From positions 248,001 to 312,000 of the forward strand of contig NIVC01001210.1 in assembly GCA_002269645.1 (NCBI GenBank): DNA of 64,000 bases. Direction: 5' to 3'. The translations under genes and the position numbers were made by a program. This stretch comes from Macrostomum lignano (taxonomy: Eukaryota). The notes beneath the pieces are model-generated. The model ran no database searches. It saw only the letters and a list, made by a program, of their open reading frames with translations, and was not told the origin of the DNA. How positions within the stretch are numbered: position 1 is the stretch's first letter; every line of letters begins with the position of its first letter. This document shows positions 29,877-43,830 of this stretch, one piece after another.

Positions 29877-31362
29877 TCAGCAGTAGGGATAGCCAGTCAG
29901 TGCCGCTTTGTCCCCGGTGTACGCAAGTCGACTCTGTCGTTGCAGCTCATTAATACCGGCGTCTCTAAGCCGCCGACAGTCCATGGGACCGATGCTGAAC
30001 GCTGGTGACCAGCGGTTAGCCAGAAACGTGAAGTCGTTCCCGGAGGCGGCGGCGGCATCGCCTCGTTCAAGCGCCCGACAGCGTCTCCGGATGAACTTGC
30101 TGAGACTGCGGAACACGCGAAGCTCTGTACGAAATGAGGGACCTTCTTGGGCCACACGTCTCCAGAAGCTGGCATTGGCTGCCTGGTAGAGTTTGTAGTC
30201 AACGGGACTCCAGGCCTGGTGAACTCGCATTAAGTCGGGACGATGGGCAGCCATCATGCGGGGATAGCGACCAATATTTCGCGACACAAATAAAATGTCC
30301 TTGAAACTCCAGTTCATCAGGCGTTTCAAAAGCACAAGCGAATGCATGAAATAATCTGTGATGAGGATCAGATCGAAATCGGCTATGATGCTGGCAACAA
30401 ATTTATCAGCATCTTGGCCTTCAACGTAACCAAGGATGCGTGACATTGTATTCTTAGTCAGGCTATAGTTGTCCGGCACGCAGTAGCGCTTTGCAGCCCG
30501 GCGTGGTGATTGGTACTCGCTGTCGTAGCGCGGCAGGTCGCTCAGGTACGTCTCAAATGCATCTGGCCGCCCACCTAGCCCTGTTAGGTGTTAGGAATAC
30601 TTATTTATATGGCTGGAAGATTATTTGTTAATCAAATAAATATATCAAACCTGATATCTCCGCCATATTGTAATAGGCAAACAGGGATTGAAACTGCCGG
30701 AATGGCTCCCTCAGGCTAGTGATGTACACACAGGGCTTGGCCATGAGGCCATCGAGGAAGGTGCGGTTGTACACGCACTGGTCCAGCAGTACGCTAGGAT
30801 GGGAGACACCCGAAGGCAGAACGATGTACTCCTGACGCAGAGGGTTCGGCCAGCCCAAATAGATTTTGTTGGGCAGCGGCATGGCGAAGCTGAGATGCCG
30901 AGACAGCCCGAATCTGCGCAGCATCGAAGTAATCGTTTCGCTAGCCGACTTAATCACCTTCAAGTAGACGAAGCTCTGCCGTTCTGCACCTCGCCGGCGT
31001 TTGTTGTTTGAGCCTTCAACGTCGCCGGCAGCATCGTCTTCCTCGGAGTCCGGCAGCAGCAGCGGGGGCGGGGGCGGCCGTGGCTGTAGCTGCGCTCTGA
31101 GTGCCGCACCGAGGAACCGCCACATGCGGCTACCAACACTGTTACCGCCGCCGTTGTTGTGGTCGACAGCGTCGTGAACTTCACCATAACCGTGCGCTGA
31201 ATCGTCTGGCTGGTTGCCAAACCAAGTGGCTGCGGTGGCTAGCAGCCATAGGCCGGCCAGCAGAAGGAGGCTGCGGATGGCGAGCCGTTTTACGGCGGCC
31301 GGATGAACGCAGCAGCGCATGTTGAGACGGCCTGAACGCAGGACGTCGGTGGATGGATACAT
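29877..31362 (-). CDS. Galactose-3-O-sulfotransferase (GAL3ST family); exons 31362-30651 and 30580-29877, 471 aa
   Basis: N-terminal TM anchor; YLKVIKSASET PAPS site, YITSLREP, FDLILITDYF..SLVLL, WSPVDYKLYQAAN; 70-bp phase-1 GT-AG intron. Confidence 0.9.
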
Positions 31363-32307
31363 GCGATTTCCTTGCTCAAACCCATATAAGAACTTTCAGT
31401 CTGTAACCTTAGATTTAGAATTCAGTCATTAAAACAAATGTTTTATAGAGTCAATAAGCAGACTTAGTTTCAATTCAAAGTGCTATGCTATATAAAGTAT
31501 GTGGAGCCGTTTCTCTTCGAGAAATCTATTGTTATTGTTGTGCACCTCAGGTAAGCCTAAAACAGACCACTGCACGAACTCTACATGGACAAATTCTCGT
31601 ATATGCAAGCATTGGCAGGCACCTATTGGTTTTAGTCCCGAATCAAACTTCATGGGATAACTTGTCGGAAACCTTGCCGACGTATAAAATATGTAGCCTT
31701 GAAATATGACTTATAATGGTGATTAAGTGAGCTAGGACTAGTAAAAATATTCGAGGGTTCAATCAGATTCAACAAGTCACGTAGTAATAGCCCATAAATC
31801 AAGCGACCAATATCATTCTGTTACTAGCACTTCTGAGCACTTACCGAGATCGACGCACAAAAATTTACGCGCATAAATCAACGAGCCTTTGCCTATTTAG
31901 CAAGCTATAGCAAAATATGCTGCTCTTGCTGTTTAGCCTTTGCATTCCATAAAGTCAGGCCGCTGAATCTGTCCGCGCTTAATCTAGTTGAGAGTGGTAG
32001 CCTGCCACACACGCACACGTGGCTCCTTACGTATGCTACGCACGTACGTTCTACGTGCCTATTTGTGGGCGGGTGTGTATGGCTACTCCAAGCTTCTCTG
32101 GTCCTGCAAGTACTCCAGCTCAGTAGTGTACGTACTTCAAAGTACACTCCAGGCATTGTCCGGACAGGAGAGAAATTTGAGCTCACCATACTGTACACTG
32201 AGGTCAATACGTTGCAGAATGTAGAGAATACCCACTTGGGTATAGGGAGTGAACGGGCTTTTAACAGCGTCGGATTGCACGCTAGTTTTGTTTCTTTCGC
32301 TTTGATT

Positions 32308-32417
<110 letters not shown>

Positions 32418-33384
32418 TTCTCTCATAGAATATTTCTAATTCTATGATCTGTGCTGACGTGTTGATACGAGCGTGTTAATACATAATCCTCATCCTCTAT
32501 CCATTTAATAAATTATATTGTGGTTGCAGTCGCACAGATGACCAAATCCTTCAATTGAATTAATAATTTTTTTTGTAGCCGAAATCGGCATTCAGTGAAG
32601 CTTGAATTTGAATGGTGCATTGGCACTGCAATAAGGCATTGCTAGAGGCATCACTGTTTCATTCCCATGAAGCAATCATTTCATCATTGACGGTCCGTCG
32701 GGTGCTCCAGAGCAACGAGACTTGACAAGAGAGCTCTTCACAGATGCCTCTTGTCTCTCTGTATGTCTCTTAGACTGTACAGGGGTAAATTGACATAAAG
32801 TACATTTTTTTCAGCTTAAACAGGCACTAAAGCAGCCTTAGGAGATTCGGGACAGAGGGCGGAAGAAATGAAAAGGCGTGTAGGGATGGGCCAGCTGAGG
32901 CCGGGCGACTCTCCGCTTGCTGGCTTCAGTTTCTCTGACTTCACTGCGGAGAAGCTGGAGAACCTATGCCTGCACACAGGCGCAAATCACCATCGGTAAC
33001 AAGCGGCAAATAATAATTGGCCAGCGGACAGGAAACTGTACCGCTAATGGAGATGAACCGTCTCGCTCTCTCCGATGTCTTTTTCCTGAGGGGGAGGGGT
33101 AAACCTAGGGAAGCGGTGGCAATATCGATTGGGACCTCCGGCGAAGCGATAATATAGTTAGAAACAGTTAGAAAGAGAAGCGCGATAGTTCTTAGCTAAC
33201 CTGTGCTATTTTGGCTGTGGAGACGCGGGAACTTTAAAGTTGCTATGCGGCTGTTTTGAATTCGATAATATAGATCATGTAGAAATGTGCGGCTTAGGCT
33301 ACTGGTGCACTTTAGAAAGGTAATTTTACGTCAAAATACAGGCTTTTTTGGTTTGGTGTGCTTCTATCTCCTGTGAGGAAGTTC

Positions 33385-34200
33385 TACTTACTTACTAGTA
33401 CTTGACTTAGCTGCAGGGGTTCCGGGCAACCGGATACAGCGGGGAGGCGTCGCCCCCCATTTCGCTAACCCTCTGGCAATGTGAGTAAGATATTCGCTAA
33501 TTACCTTAATCCTTATCTCAGGTGGCACGACATAGTAAAAAGATGCTGATTGTTGTCTCAAAAATACAACGCCTGTATCGGTCTATGGGATACTGAAAAA
33601 GCAGCAAAGCGTCTGCATGGTCCTGTCCTATTCGACGAAGATACGAATTAAAAATCATTTATTTTTTGCCTGTCTCAGGTGCTCCTAGCAGCCCAGGCTT
33701 AAGATCCTGGGTAAGCGGCTTATGCACATCGGTAGCTTAATCTCTTGATTGCCCGAACGTGCTTAAGTACAGCATTAGCACCTTTAAATCCTGTCCCGTT
33801 AGCCTCTTTTTGCTCGCTATTGGGTTGACACAACTAAGGCTTGAATACATCAAAGAAACGAAAAACATCTCTATAAAGCCTATGCTTATAGCAGCCAATG
33901 AGAGCCGCGCAAAGTCAGATAGGATATAAATCCGGGTCCTTTGCTGTTCCTGTGAACACTGACAGCAGAAAGGCTCTGTAGCGATCCCAACAGACGTAAG
34001 CTCGTAAGATCTACAGAATGATTCCTCCTCTTTGTAACCATTAGTCTCTGCGTCCAAATGGGTCTCTGCCTGGGCGCCTGTTGGCACGGGAAATCCGATC
34101 GACAGTCTCGGGCTGATGACGGAGGCTGCTGCAGCGATGCAAAGCTGCGACAATTTCGTCAACTGGAACCGGTTTCGCCAGGACTCACAGCCGATGAGAA
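33385..34200 (-). mobile_element. Possible decayed 3' fragment of an I-group LINE
   Basis: FCRSY...ATEPFCCQC..R..YIL resembles a degenerate CCHC tail; short TAAGTAAG tail at about 33387-33396 like the intact LINE. Weak. Confidence 0.3.
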
Positions 34201-34659
34201 GAGTATCGGGTAAGCATCAGCATCCTGGAGTTGATCAAATTAACTCTCACTAGCTACGGCGGCTCATGCCATATCTAGTATGGTTCCATTCAGTTGGGAA
34301 CCCGATTTGTAGATGCTAAATAGGATTCCAATGGCTGTTTTTCAGCTCTCGAGAGTTAAGTACATGTATGAACACAGCATTAAAAGCAGTGCATTATCGT
34401 CCGCTTCTCTGAACCCCCATTTACCTCTTATAGACTGCAAGTAAGTATCATAAATTTTAAATGAAGCCCTTAGTAAAAGGCTAAACACTTCTGTGTTGCT
34501 GGCTGCCTTTCCCTGTTCTAAACTGCCTAATCTCGAATTATGCGTTTCAAATACCATCTGTACACTGAAAATAGTAAACTAGCAATCACTTATATGCATG
34601 CTACTCTATATGAATGGTTTCTCTAAACATAGATCTCCCCAAAACGGCTGGGAGCTAAC

Positions 34660-34880
34660 GGAATATAAATGAAAAGGTTAGGGACTAAAGAACTCCATGA
34701 GGAGGCTATAGGGACTATAGAACTCGATGAGAAAGAAGGTTAGGGACTAAAAACTTCATGAGAAGGCTATAGGGACTAGCAAACTTGATGAGAAAGAAGG
34801 TTAGGGACTAAAGAACTCCACGAGAAGGCTATGGGGAATATAGAACTTCATCAGAAGATTATAGGGACTTTAAAACTCGA
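34660..34880. repeat. Degenerate about 30-bp tandem repeat (AGAAGGCTATAGGGACTAAAGAACTCCATG)
   Basis: 6-7 imperfect copies visible. Confidence 0.75.
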
Positions 34881-35667
34881 TGGGCATAGTTAATTCATTG
34901 TGCTTTAATATCCGTACAATTTATTTTAGTACCTTTAAACAGTGCCTATTGTGCAGTCAATGATAGTAGTACATGAATACAAGCTAACAATCAGATACTT
35001 TTCCTGTCAACAATGGAACTATTTAATAAACGATCAAATTAACAAACATCAATAACAGTTTTGTACTCTCATTAACAGGTCAACGCTAGTCGAGCAGTCA
35101 GCAATGCAATTGAGGCAACTGCAGCGACCCTCCAGCAGTGACGATGCTTCAAGGAAGCTGCAAAAACGGACGATGCTCTACGGCCTGAGGTCGATGCGTC
35201 CAGTTGACGAGGAGCCGGACGAGCAATTGAAATAGAAGGATGCTACGGTTTACGCTTCAAAATGCTGTCGGTAGACTGAACTGTCTCAGATCTGACCTTC
35301 TGAACTTTCAATTTGCAAATTAAGCGAGTGCTTGGTTTCTTAGATGCTGATGCACATGCTTTCTGCTATTTTTGGCCTGTTCCAGAGAATTTTCGATTGT
35401 CAAACACGCGTACCACCCAACAACCAAACGGTCGTTGAGACTTCTAGCTCAAAGTCATTTAAATCACCAATCTCAAATATTTTTGCTTAAATTAGTCATC
35501 TATACTGGCTGATCCCAAAGTAAGATTGGCATTCAGCTTTGAGTGCGTAAGTGTCTTAGCTAGGAGTTCTCGTACATAAGTTTTAGTCTTTTCTTGACGC
35601 ACTTGTGGCAGGACAGTTTTGTACCAATCTCATTGTAATATTGGGAAGGTTTTTAGCCATAGAAAAT

Positions 35668-35950
35668 TATGTATCCCCCTTTTGCCCCGGGCGAGTGTCT
35701 ATGTGACGCATGTTTTCATTTATTTCCCTAGGTGAATAAATCATTTATTTCCCGCTGCCCCGCGGGCTGATAGATTCGAGACAACAACCATAGACAACGA
35801 ACGGGGGATACATATCATATTCCCCACTCATTTAGCTGTCTAGGGCCAAAAGCACTCGGTGTCTCGATCATTGACCTCGGCTTCGCCTCGGTCAATAAAC
35901 GAGACACCTCTTGCTTTTGCCCGCTAGACAACAAAATAAATGGGGAATAT
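35668..35950. mobile_element. Two adjacent palindromic non-autonomous elements (35668-35814 and 35817-35950)
   Basis: TATGTATCCCCC...GGGGGATACATA; ATATTCCCCA...TGGGGAATAT with about 60-bp arms centred on GACCTCGGCTTCGCCTCGGTC. Confidence 0.7.
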
Positions 35951-36082
35951 ATACCATTTATTGTAAGCTCTTTTCTTTCTTTTTGTTAGAACTTGAAGAA
36001 TTGGGGGACTAGAATAAAATTCAAACAGGTTGAATCACAACCACGTCCATCCACACAGGCTACGAGCGTTTATTATAACAAG

Positions 36083-36225
36083 GGGGTTGTAGCCTAATGG
36101 GTGGAGCGTCGGACTTACGACTGAAAGGTCGGGAGTTCGATTTTGGACCCAGTGGCCTTGAATTTGTGGCCTTGAGCAAGACACTTAACTCTGCATTGCT
36201 TCAGTTCGCCCAGCTTGGAAAAGTA
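36083..36225 (+). mobile_element. tRNA-derived SINE with CORE/V/Meta-like central segment
   Basis: TAGCCTAATGG A box, AGTTCGATT B box, followed by CCTTGAGCAAGACACTTAAC...GCTTCAGTTCGCCCAGCT. Confidence 0.7.
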
Positions 36226-38715
36226 ATTTCTAAAGCTTCATTTTTAGCTAATTGATTTTGCGCTTCAACAGTAATCAAGAATCGATGGCTGGAACAACCG
36301 GCAATTAAAAAGGACAATTTTCTGATGTCGAAAAATTACGACCCCTCTAGCATTATAAGAAAGTGTTTCAAGTATTGATACGCAAGCTCACGAATCGGCA
36401 CGATAAAAAGGTACTTGTTTTCATGGTTTCTTTTCCATCTGCAAAGACTGCTTGATGGATAACCCATAGGCCGTTAACTCATCTGCTTCGATAGCAGATG
36501 TCGTCTCAATAGCCAGATGAAAGTGTCCGCTTCATCAGAGACCTAATCGGCATGCCTTCTGATTCATGAAACCAGCTTTCAGTGAAAGCCTTAGCTGCTT
36601 CAGCTATCCAAAAGTTTTTATTCTATTCTATTCATTTCTTTGTGCCGTCACTTCCCTCCTTAAACTGTTCATTTCCGAGGTTTCACCGTTGTAGTGTCGT
36701 GTAGCAAAGCAATCCACGCAGTTTTATTGCATTGTAAGCCGTGCTGTAGGCCCTAATTGTTCGCATTTTCCTATCACGCTATCCCAACAACGGGTACACG
36801 CATGGCTCAGAAAAACGAGCCACTCGACAATCTGTTGCAAACGAAGCAAAGTATTAATTCCAATTTCTTCAATGTAGCAACTACACAGCGTAGACTCCGG
36901 ATAGACTCGTAGAAACTCGCAGATTGTAGAAGTTCAGCTTGTATGCGAGTAAATAATGGTTAAGCAATGTAGGTATAAATTGACTATGGTCGAAAAGTAG
37001 AAGCCTAGCCCGAATATTTTGGGACCGTTTTGTCTTCAGATTAACATAAATACAAGTATTGACTCTCCATGACAGCTCCGCACTCTGATCAGGCAGATTT
37101 TCTAACTCTTCAAAAATAACACCGAGAACTTTCTAAGCTACTTGTAGTAGGGCATCCTGGTTTTAATGGGTAATAAAGCCATATGATCTTTGGTAATAAC
37201 TATATTGGATTTCTGCAACTAATGATTTGTAAGTATGCATCTTCAGTATGGATATAGTTAAAATTACTGGATTTTTGCTTGCAGATATCAAATTAAAGCT
37301 AAGTTTACTAAAGACTACTGCATAAAAAGTATAGAAAAAATAAATTATAAAAGTAAAATTACTTCTTAAAGCAAAAAACATGGAGCACAATAAACAACAC
37401 TATTCTGATCTGGGTGTTTCAAAACACGATCACGTGACAATTGTACACGGGTGTGCGCAATGCTCAACATCTTTGAATTTAGTATATTAGTTCGTCGAAG
37501 AAGGTAAGTTTTAAAAAAACGATTGGCTTTTTGCTAATAGAGTCGAAGCAGATATGTACTTTTTATGAAAAACGAATGGAAGCACCCGAACAAAGCGTAA
37601 AATAATAATCTGACTCGCTGAATCGACTATATCAGATGGTCGATCTTAACCTGCATTTTTCCAATGATTTTAACTAAAAAGTGGCGCTAGTTTTCAAGGC
37701 TGGGAGTGACGAGGATGCGCAGCCAAAGAACTGGTTGAATCCGGAATATCCGGAATAAAAGGATCTTTTTTTCTAGACTTTTACTGCATGAAAGAATCGA
37801 TTTCACTGTCCACTTAACTTGGGAAAATTGTGCTGAAATGAGGAAGCACGCGGGTATTCATGTCAGTCTGGGGCTGATGTTGGATTTATTACAAGGTTAA
37901 ACATTAAACAGTTTCTTAATTTCAGTGGAATCTCCCTTACGTGTCTCCAGCCAAACGTGTATTCAGCTCGAAAAAACGCACACTGGACCTCACCGGTAGC
38001 TATTCTATTTAAATTCTATTGCTTCATTTCGAAATTTGATACCGCACGAGCAGCAGAAGTGAAAATGTGGGGGCGGGATAGAATTTGTGTTCGAAAAGAA
38101 AGCTATTTTGGGTTCGTTTCGTCTGCTTTATATTGTCTCGCTCATGCTTCATGTAATGTTCACCATGACACGAATAACGTGTTACGAATAATTTTCTTGT
38201 CGAAAAGGGATGCACAAATTTATAACCATGTATCAATCGGTGAATCTGGGAAAACAGTTTCAAAAAACAGTTTCAGGTTAACCTCAGGTTATGACTCAAG
38301 TGCCGCCCTAAAGCTACATGTAAGGCTACCGGTAAATCTGGGATAAGTATGATGCCCACAGGGATTCTACCGGAACTGCAATTTGTGAGCCCAGACAAAG
38401 TAGGTAAAAAAGGAATCAATTGTTTGGAAGTCTTACTTAGAATAAAGTCTGCTGCATCATACGCTGGGGCCTTTTGTGCTATTCTTGGCGTGTTCCTTCC
38501 AGGCGGGCGTCCTGACAAAAAGCAAACTTCTACACGTGCTGCGGAGTGGATGGAGCTTCCCTGAAAAAAATCAGTTTTGTTATTTTTGTGCCGATGCATG
38601 TTATTCAGCTGCAGTTGGCAGACCAGATCAAGTACGAGTGTATGAAGTTTGTTGTAAAAAACAGACTCTCAATAGATTTATAAACATTTTCCATTCAGTC
38701 TTCGTACTGAAGGCG

Positions 38716-39478
38716 GTTGCGTACTGAAGGCAGTGGCGTATTGAAGACAGTGGCTTTCTGAAGACAGTGGCTTACTGAAGACAGTGGCTTTCTGAAGACA
38801 GTGGCTTTCTGAAGACAGTGGCGTATTGAAGACAGCGGCTTTCTGAAGACAGTGGCGTATTGAAGACAGTGGCTTTCTGAAGACAATGGCTTTCTGAAGA
38901 CAGTGGCGTATTGAAGACAGTGGCGTATTGAAGACAGTGGCGTATTGAAGACAGTGGCGTATTGAAGACAGTGGCGTATTGAAGACAGTGGCGTATTGAA
39001 GACAGTGGCGTATTGAAGACAGTGGCGTATTGAAGACAGTGGCGTATTGAAGACAGTGGCGTATTGAAGACAGTGGCGTATTGAAGACAGTGGCGTATTG
39101 AAGACAGTGGCGTATTGAAGACAGTGGCGTATTGAAGACAGTGGCGTATTGAAGACAGTGGCGTATTGAAGACAGTGGCGTATTGAAGACAGTGGCGTAT
39201 TGAAGACAGTGGCGTATTGAAGACAGTGGCGTATTGAAGACAGTGGCGTATTGAAGACAGTGGCGTATTGAAGACAGTGGCTTTCTGAAGACAGTGGCGT
39301 ATTGAAGACAGTGGCGTATTGAAGACAGTGGCTTTCTGAAGACAGTGGCTTTCTGAAGACAGTGGCGTATTGAAGACAGTGGCGTATTGAAGACAGTGGC
39401 TTTCTGAAGACAGTGGCTTTCTGAAGACAGTTGCTTACTGAAGACAGTGGCTTTCTGAAGACAGTGGCGTATTGAAGA
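38716..39478. repeat. 17-bp minisatellite (GAAGACAGTGGCGTATT / GAAGACAGTGGCTTTCT), about 45 copies
   Basis: Period 17 measured; homogeneous centre, variant edges. Confidence 0.97.
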
Positions 39479-42400
39479 GGGTGACATACATCGAAATCGC
39501 AACTGTCTATCTGATAGGTGATGCTCCCATATTTTTGTGTCACACCAAATTATCAAGTACGCGCCTGATGACTAACTAAGGACTATGGTAGATAGCTAGA
39601 CAATCAGATTTTCACGATCTTCTATTCCAGCTGGCGTTGATGATGCGTAGCCACTGAATCCCTGTCTACATAGGATATCAGCAGGCTACGGGTCCCTGAT
39701 GCAGGTGCTATGCATAGATTTTTGTCTGCCAGTCTCGGCATGAAATCAGATCTCTGGCCGTCTTCACGCTTCTGTGATTAGCACACTAGGTCGACTCGTC
39801 CTCCAGCTCTCTCACCCTCGTTCCCTCCGTGCCGCTGCAACTATGGAGCTCAAAATATCCTGATATTAACCATGCAAAGATCAATCAAAATGCTGGCATA
39901 GGCTAGTCAATGCAGGCCCAGTAAACAGCAACTTTTTTATCTTTTTCTGGATGTCGTAGCTTCATGCTTTGGCTTTGATTTGACCACAATGTGATCTAAT
40001 TATTTCTTCAGGAGCTCAATCAAGGCCTCTTCTCTAGGATCTATAGGACGAAAACAGGCTGAGATCAAAGATACTCGTACCTTAGATAGCCGTATTGATA
40101 CGAAATTTCGATTTCAAGATTCCTGATTCTATGCAGCTGATATATTTTAAAGCAAACTTTCCACGCATCGCATCCCGAAAATGCTCAAAAAAACGATTTT
40201 TTTCGTGGTTCTTAGGAAACAGCGAGCATTGTATCCCATGAGAATTTCGACATATCTTATAGTGTAGAGGGTGCTTTCTAACGGATTGAAGCTGCATAAG
40301 TATTGAAATAATTTCAAAAGCGAACTCTGATACTTATGGTAGTGAAGCTCCTGTCAGGAATTCGGGTCATTCATCACTTGCATGATATGAATAGGCTTGA
40401 GAAGGGTCGATCAGCTTTTGAGCTACTGTTATGATCTGATGGAATATGCATGCAATGCTATCTTTATTCGAAGAACAGTAATTAAGGAGGGTTGCGTTGG
40501 AGGCATGCTTCGACCTAGGAAGCGTATGCATAAAAAGTTGCAGAATCACTGCTCAGTACTAATCTTGAAGCTATGAACTAATGTTGAGCCGAATCAAATT
40601 AGGGAGTCAAGCAATGGCCAATCCCAGTTCAGGTAGAATCTGGTGAGAGACGAATGGAGAGAAAGATTATTGGCTGAAAGCGAGAAAGGGAGCCGTCAGA
40701 TGACAGGGAAGCCTCTGTGTGGCAGCGTCTGTGGAAAATAAAAACTCAATTCTGTGCTCAACTGAGCCTTGGTTACATCCCACGCAAACAGGCTGGAACT
40801 TCCGTCCAGAGGCTATACTTTCGAATTCATTGTTTCCGTATTTCATCCAGTAAATTCGCTTGCTGCTTAAGGCTGCCCTGATGAACTGCCAAACTGGACA
40901 AACAGTCTGCGGCTTGCTGCTGCTGACGCTCTGCCTGCCGGTGACTCTGAGCGGAGGTAAGCATCTCCCGGACCTCTAGGCTGTAGCTGTATACTTGAGC
41001 GTGTACATAGTGACAGCAGCGCGAGCGTGCCAGCGTTGGGCAGTGGTGCAAGAGTGAACGAACGATGCCTGGGCGCTTAGACGGAGATGGCACAGGAGTC
41101 TCATCCGGAATGCTTCCGTTCTGTACTGTTGCTATTAATGATAACAGAAACTGTCACCATCTCAGTATCAACCTTACTTTGTAAGTGCATATAAAAATTG
41201 TCACCAACTGTCAGTCATCGTTCGAGCGTAGGTATTTTTTTACACGAAATCTTGGAAAATCTGCCAAGGTTAAGTTGCTAGCTCTGCTTAAGAATTACGT
41301 CATTCAGTGAAGTATAACGGCTTGGTCGATGGGTAAATGATGTTTTATGAAAGCACCGTCAGTACAAGCGTACAACTTTTTTAGCTTCAGCAATCCTCCC
41401 TCCCCAAAGTGACTGCTTTTTCGGGAGTGCCGATATGAGGCTTCGCAACTAACCATTGTTCCGTCTTCATCGTTCCGTTACTACGATGATTGACTGCCGT
41501 CGGCTTCAGAAGCAGATATTCTTGATTTTTTATATGTACATTTTGAATTTCTGTCCCAAATCAACACCCACGCTATTCCCGCTTCCTGTTGCATTCCTAA
41601 TAGTTTCAGATTTTTACCTGGGGAAAATTTCCCATTATAAGCGGGGCTTCTAGATAAATTTGACTTTTTATATGATGAAGGGCCATACTAATTGATGCTG
41701 GGTGACCAAAATAGTGAGACTCCTTATAACAAGCCAAATTAATTTAGAGAAGAGAACTCGAAAAATGTAATTGAATTCATCATTGAGCCTGCGTCATCGA
41801 ATGACCTCAGTTGCTGTTCACCCGGGACACACCCTTCACAGGGAAGTATCATTATTCCCCGGTCACCATTAGAGAGATTAAAAGTTGGCTTGGCTTTGAA
41901 GTCCGGACAGACTCAGTGAAATAGAGCACGGATTACAGAGAGGAGCGGCAGGACATGCTCCCAATAACAGGGTACCCTTCCATGCATATTTTGCCTCTCT
42001 TGTCTCTGCATAAGTTAAGATGAAGGTAACGATGGCTGACTCTGATTTGAATAGCAAGATGTCTTCTGACCTACCGGCATTTAATCAGAATATCTGATGA
42101 AGAAAGCAGATTATTTGAATTAATAAATTTCGTTCCAACTTGCAGAGTGTACGCTCGTATCGTAGCATAGCGCTGATCCGAGCGGATCTTAGGATTAAAA
42201 TGGCTGCAGATTGGGATCAATAAACCCGGGATTAACCCTCCCCCCCAAATTGAATTTTATGCCCGAACTAAGGAGGAAAAACCGAATCTGATCCAGTCTG
42301 ATGCGGAATCTGTCAGCTCAGTAATGAAAATAATATATAAATTAGCTCACAATCTTGCTTTCTCTGGCTGGGAAGACTTACAAAAACAAGTTTTTTTCAA

Positions 42401-42764
42401 TACCCCGTCCGTGCACTGCCAGGTACATTAGACACCGGAGTTATCTTCAGAGACGAATTCTTCTCGTCTCTGAGTGCATGCAATCCAATGTGCGGAGTTG
42501 CACTAAACTCAGAGAGTCTACAATTAAACAAAAACTGATACATGGTTCGGGACTGTTGCCGGACATGTTACAACAAGTGCTCGAACGTGAAGATTTGAGG
42601 ATGTGAAGTGGATCTATCAGATCTATCTGCACTAATAGTTTCCCAAAATTTTGAAACTCACCTCTTTAGCCTTACAGCAATCCAACGTAGGTAGCCTGGC
42701 CGATGTTCTAACGTCGCTGGTGAAATGGGTACTTTTGTACAATACATCGATTTTTGCCCTTGGT

Positions 42765-42865
42765 GCTGGCGCCCCTTGGTGCTGGCGCCCATTGGCGCTG
42801 GCGCCCCTTGGTGCTGGCGCCCCTTGGTGCTGGCGCCCCTTGGTGCTGGCGCCCCTTGGTGCTCA
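42765..42865. repeat. 16-bp tandem repeat (GGCGCCCCTTGGTGCT), about 6 copies
   Basis: Directly visible. Confidence 0.88.
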
Positions 42866-42915
42866 GGGTTGGTTAATTTGTGAATTTTATCGGGTGATTT
42901 ATTTGAAATTTTCAG

Positions 42916-43142
42916 AAGCTTTGGACCCAGAGGAGCCAGTAGACCGCATTGAACTCGAAGAGCCGTCATTAACCAATTATGACGCCCTTGATGCCGCCGC
43001 CAATGCTGGTGGTGATCGGGCAGGCGCGGCAGGACCTGTGACGCGGCTTCTGGAGGCGCTGCGAGCTGAACAAAACGTCGGGAGTTTCGAACGGCCAGCC
43101 AAGCGTTGCAGGATTAACGGAGCGGCCTGCATGCTGGGCTGA
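42916..43142 (+). CDS. Orphan exon-like segment (ALDPEEPVDRIELEEPS...RPAKRCRING), product unknown
   Basis: Acceptor ATTTTCAG at 42908-42915, GC-rich coding-like composition, stop at 43140; no family recognised. Confidence 0.3.
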
Positions 43143-43686
43143 TTTAACCAACGACAGATGATCGGAAATCCAATCAGGGAGCCGAGTTTTTGCGTCGATA
43201 TTCGTAGGATTGAAACCCACAAAATTATCATGCGCGACTCCTTTGGCTTGTTGTTTATCTTTTTGCTCCCGAAAAGTTAATACAATTCTATTCTCCATCT
43301 TCTCACGCCGGCGTTGCGTTGAGAACCGCTGCCGATATTGAATCGGTGCGAGAGAATGCTGTGGCAAAATAACTTACAGAGCACGTGCTTAGCGCGCATG
43401 CCATTTCGAGTCTTTTCCCGTATTTTCCAATCTCATGTTGTGGGCTATTCTGTACAGCAATGTCACTAGGTACTTTTACTAAAGCTTTTGTCATGCTATG
43501 TGGAACAGTGGGTATGCAAAACGGAACGGCTCGAAAGAGTTTAACTCGAGAAAGCAAGTCAAAGACAAGTCGATTTTGTCATGCTATATGGAACGATGAA
43601 CAAGAATAGAAGGAACGATTTGAGTTTTTCACAAAGACAACAACAAGATACTTTAATTTTTTTTCGGTTGATGGAGCTCAGCTATA

Positions 43687-43830
43687 ATGGCGCCGCTAAT
43701 TTCTGTACGCCATCGTCAGCATATCGTCGCTGCCTTGCACCGTGGACTGTCGATGAAGGATGTGTCAGTGTTGTTAGGTCTCGTGGCTCGTCGACACCCA
43801 ATAAAGCGCACGAGGACAATCCAGACGGGT
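43687..43830 (+). pseudogene. N-terminal HTH fragment of a Tc1/IS630-like transposase
   Basis: RHRQHIVAALHRGLSMKDVSVLLGL fits the R..I+.....G.S...+A..LG+ HTH pattern; no DDE domain follows. Confidence 0.4.

Noticed and set aside
38678-39556. Two long periodic Cys/His-containing ORFs
   Set aside because: Products of the 17-bp tandem repeat; no coding signal beyond absence of stops.
40827-41093. Coding-like minus ORF with coiled-coil character
   Set aside because: No recognisable motif or splice partners; could be a decayed retroelement ORF1 but I cannot support a call.
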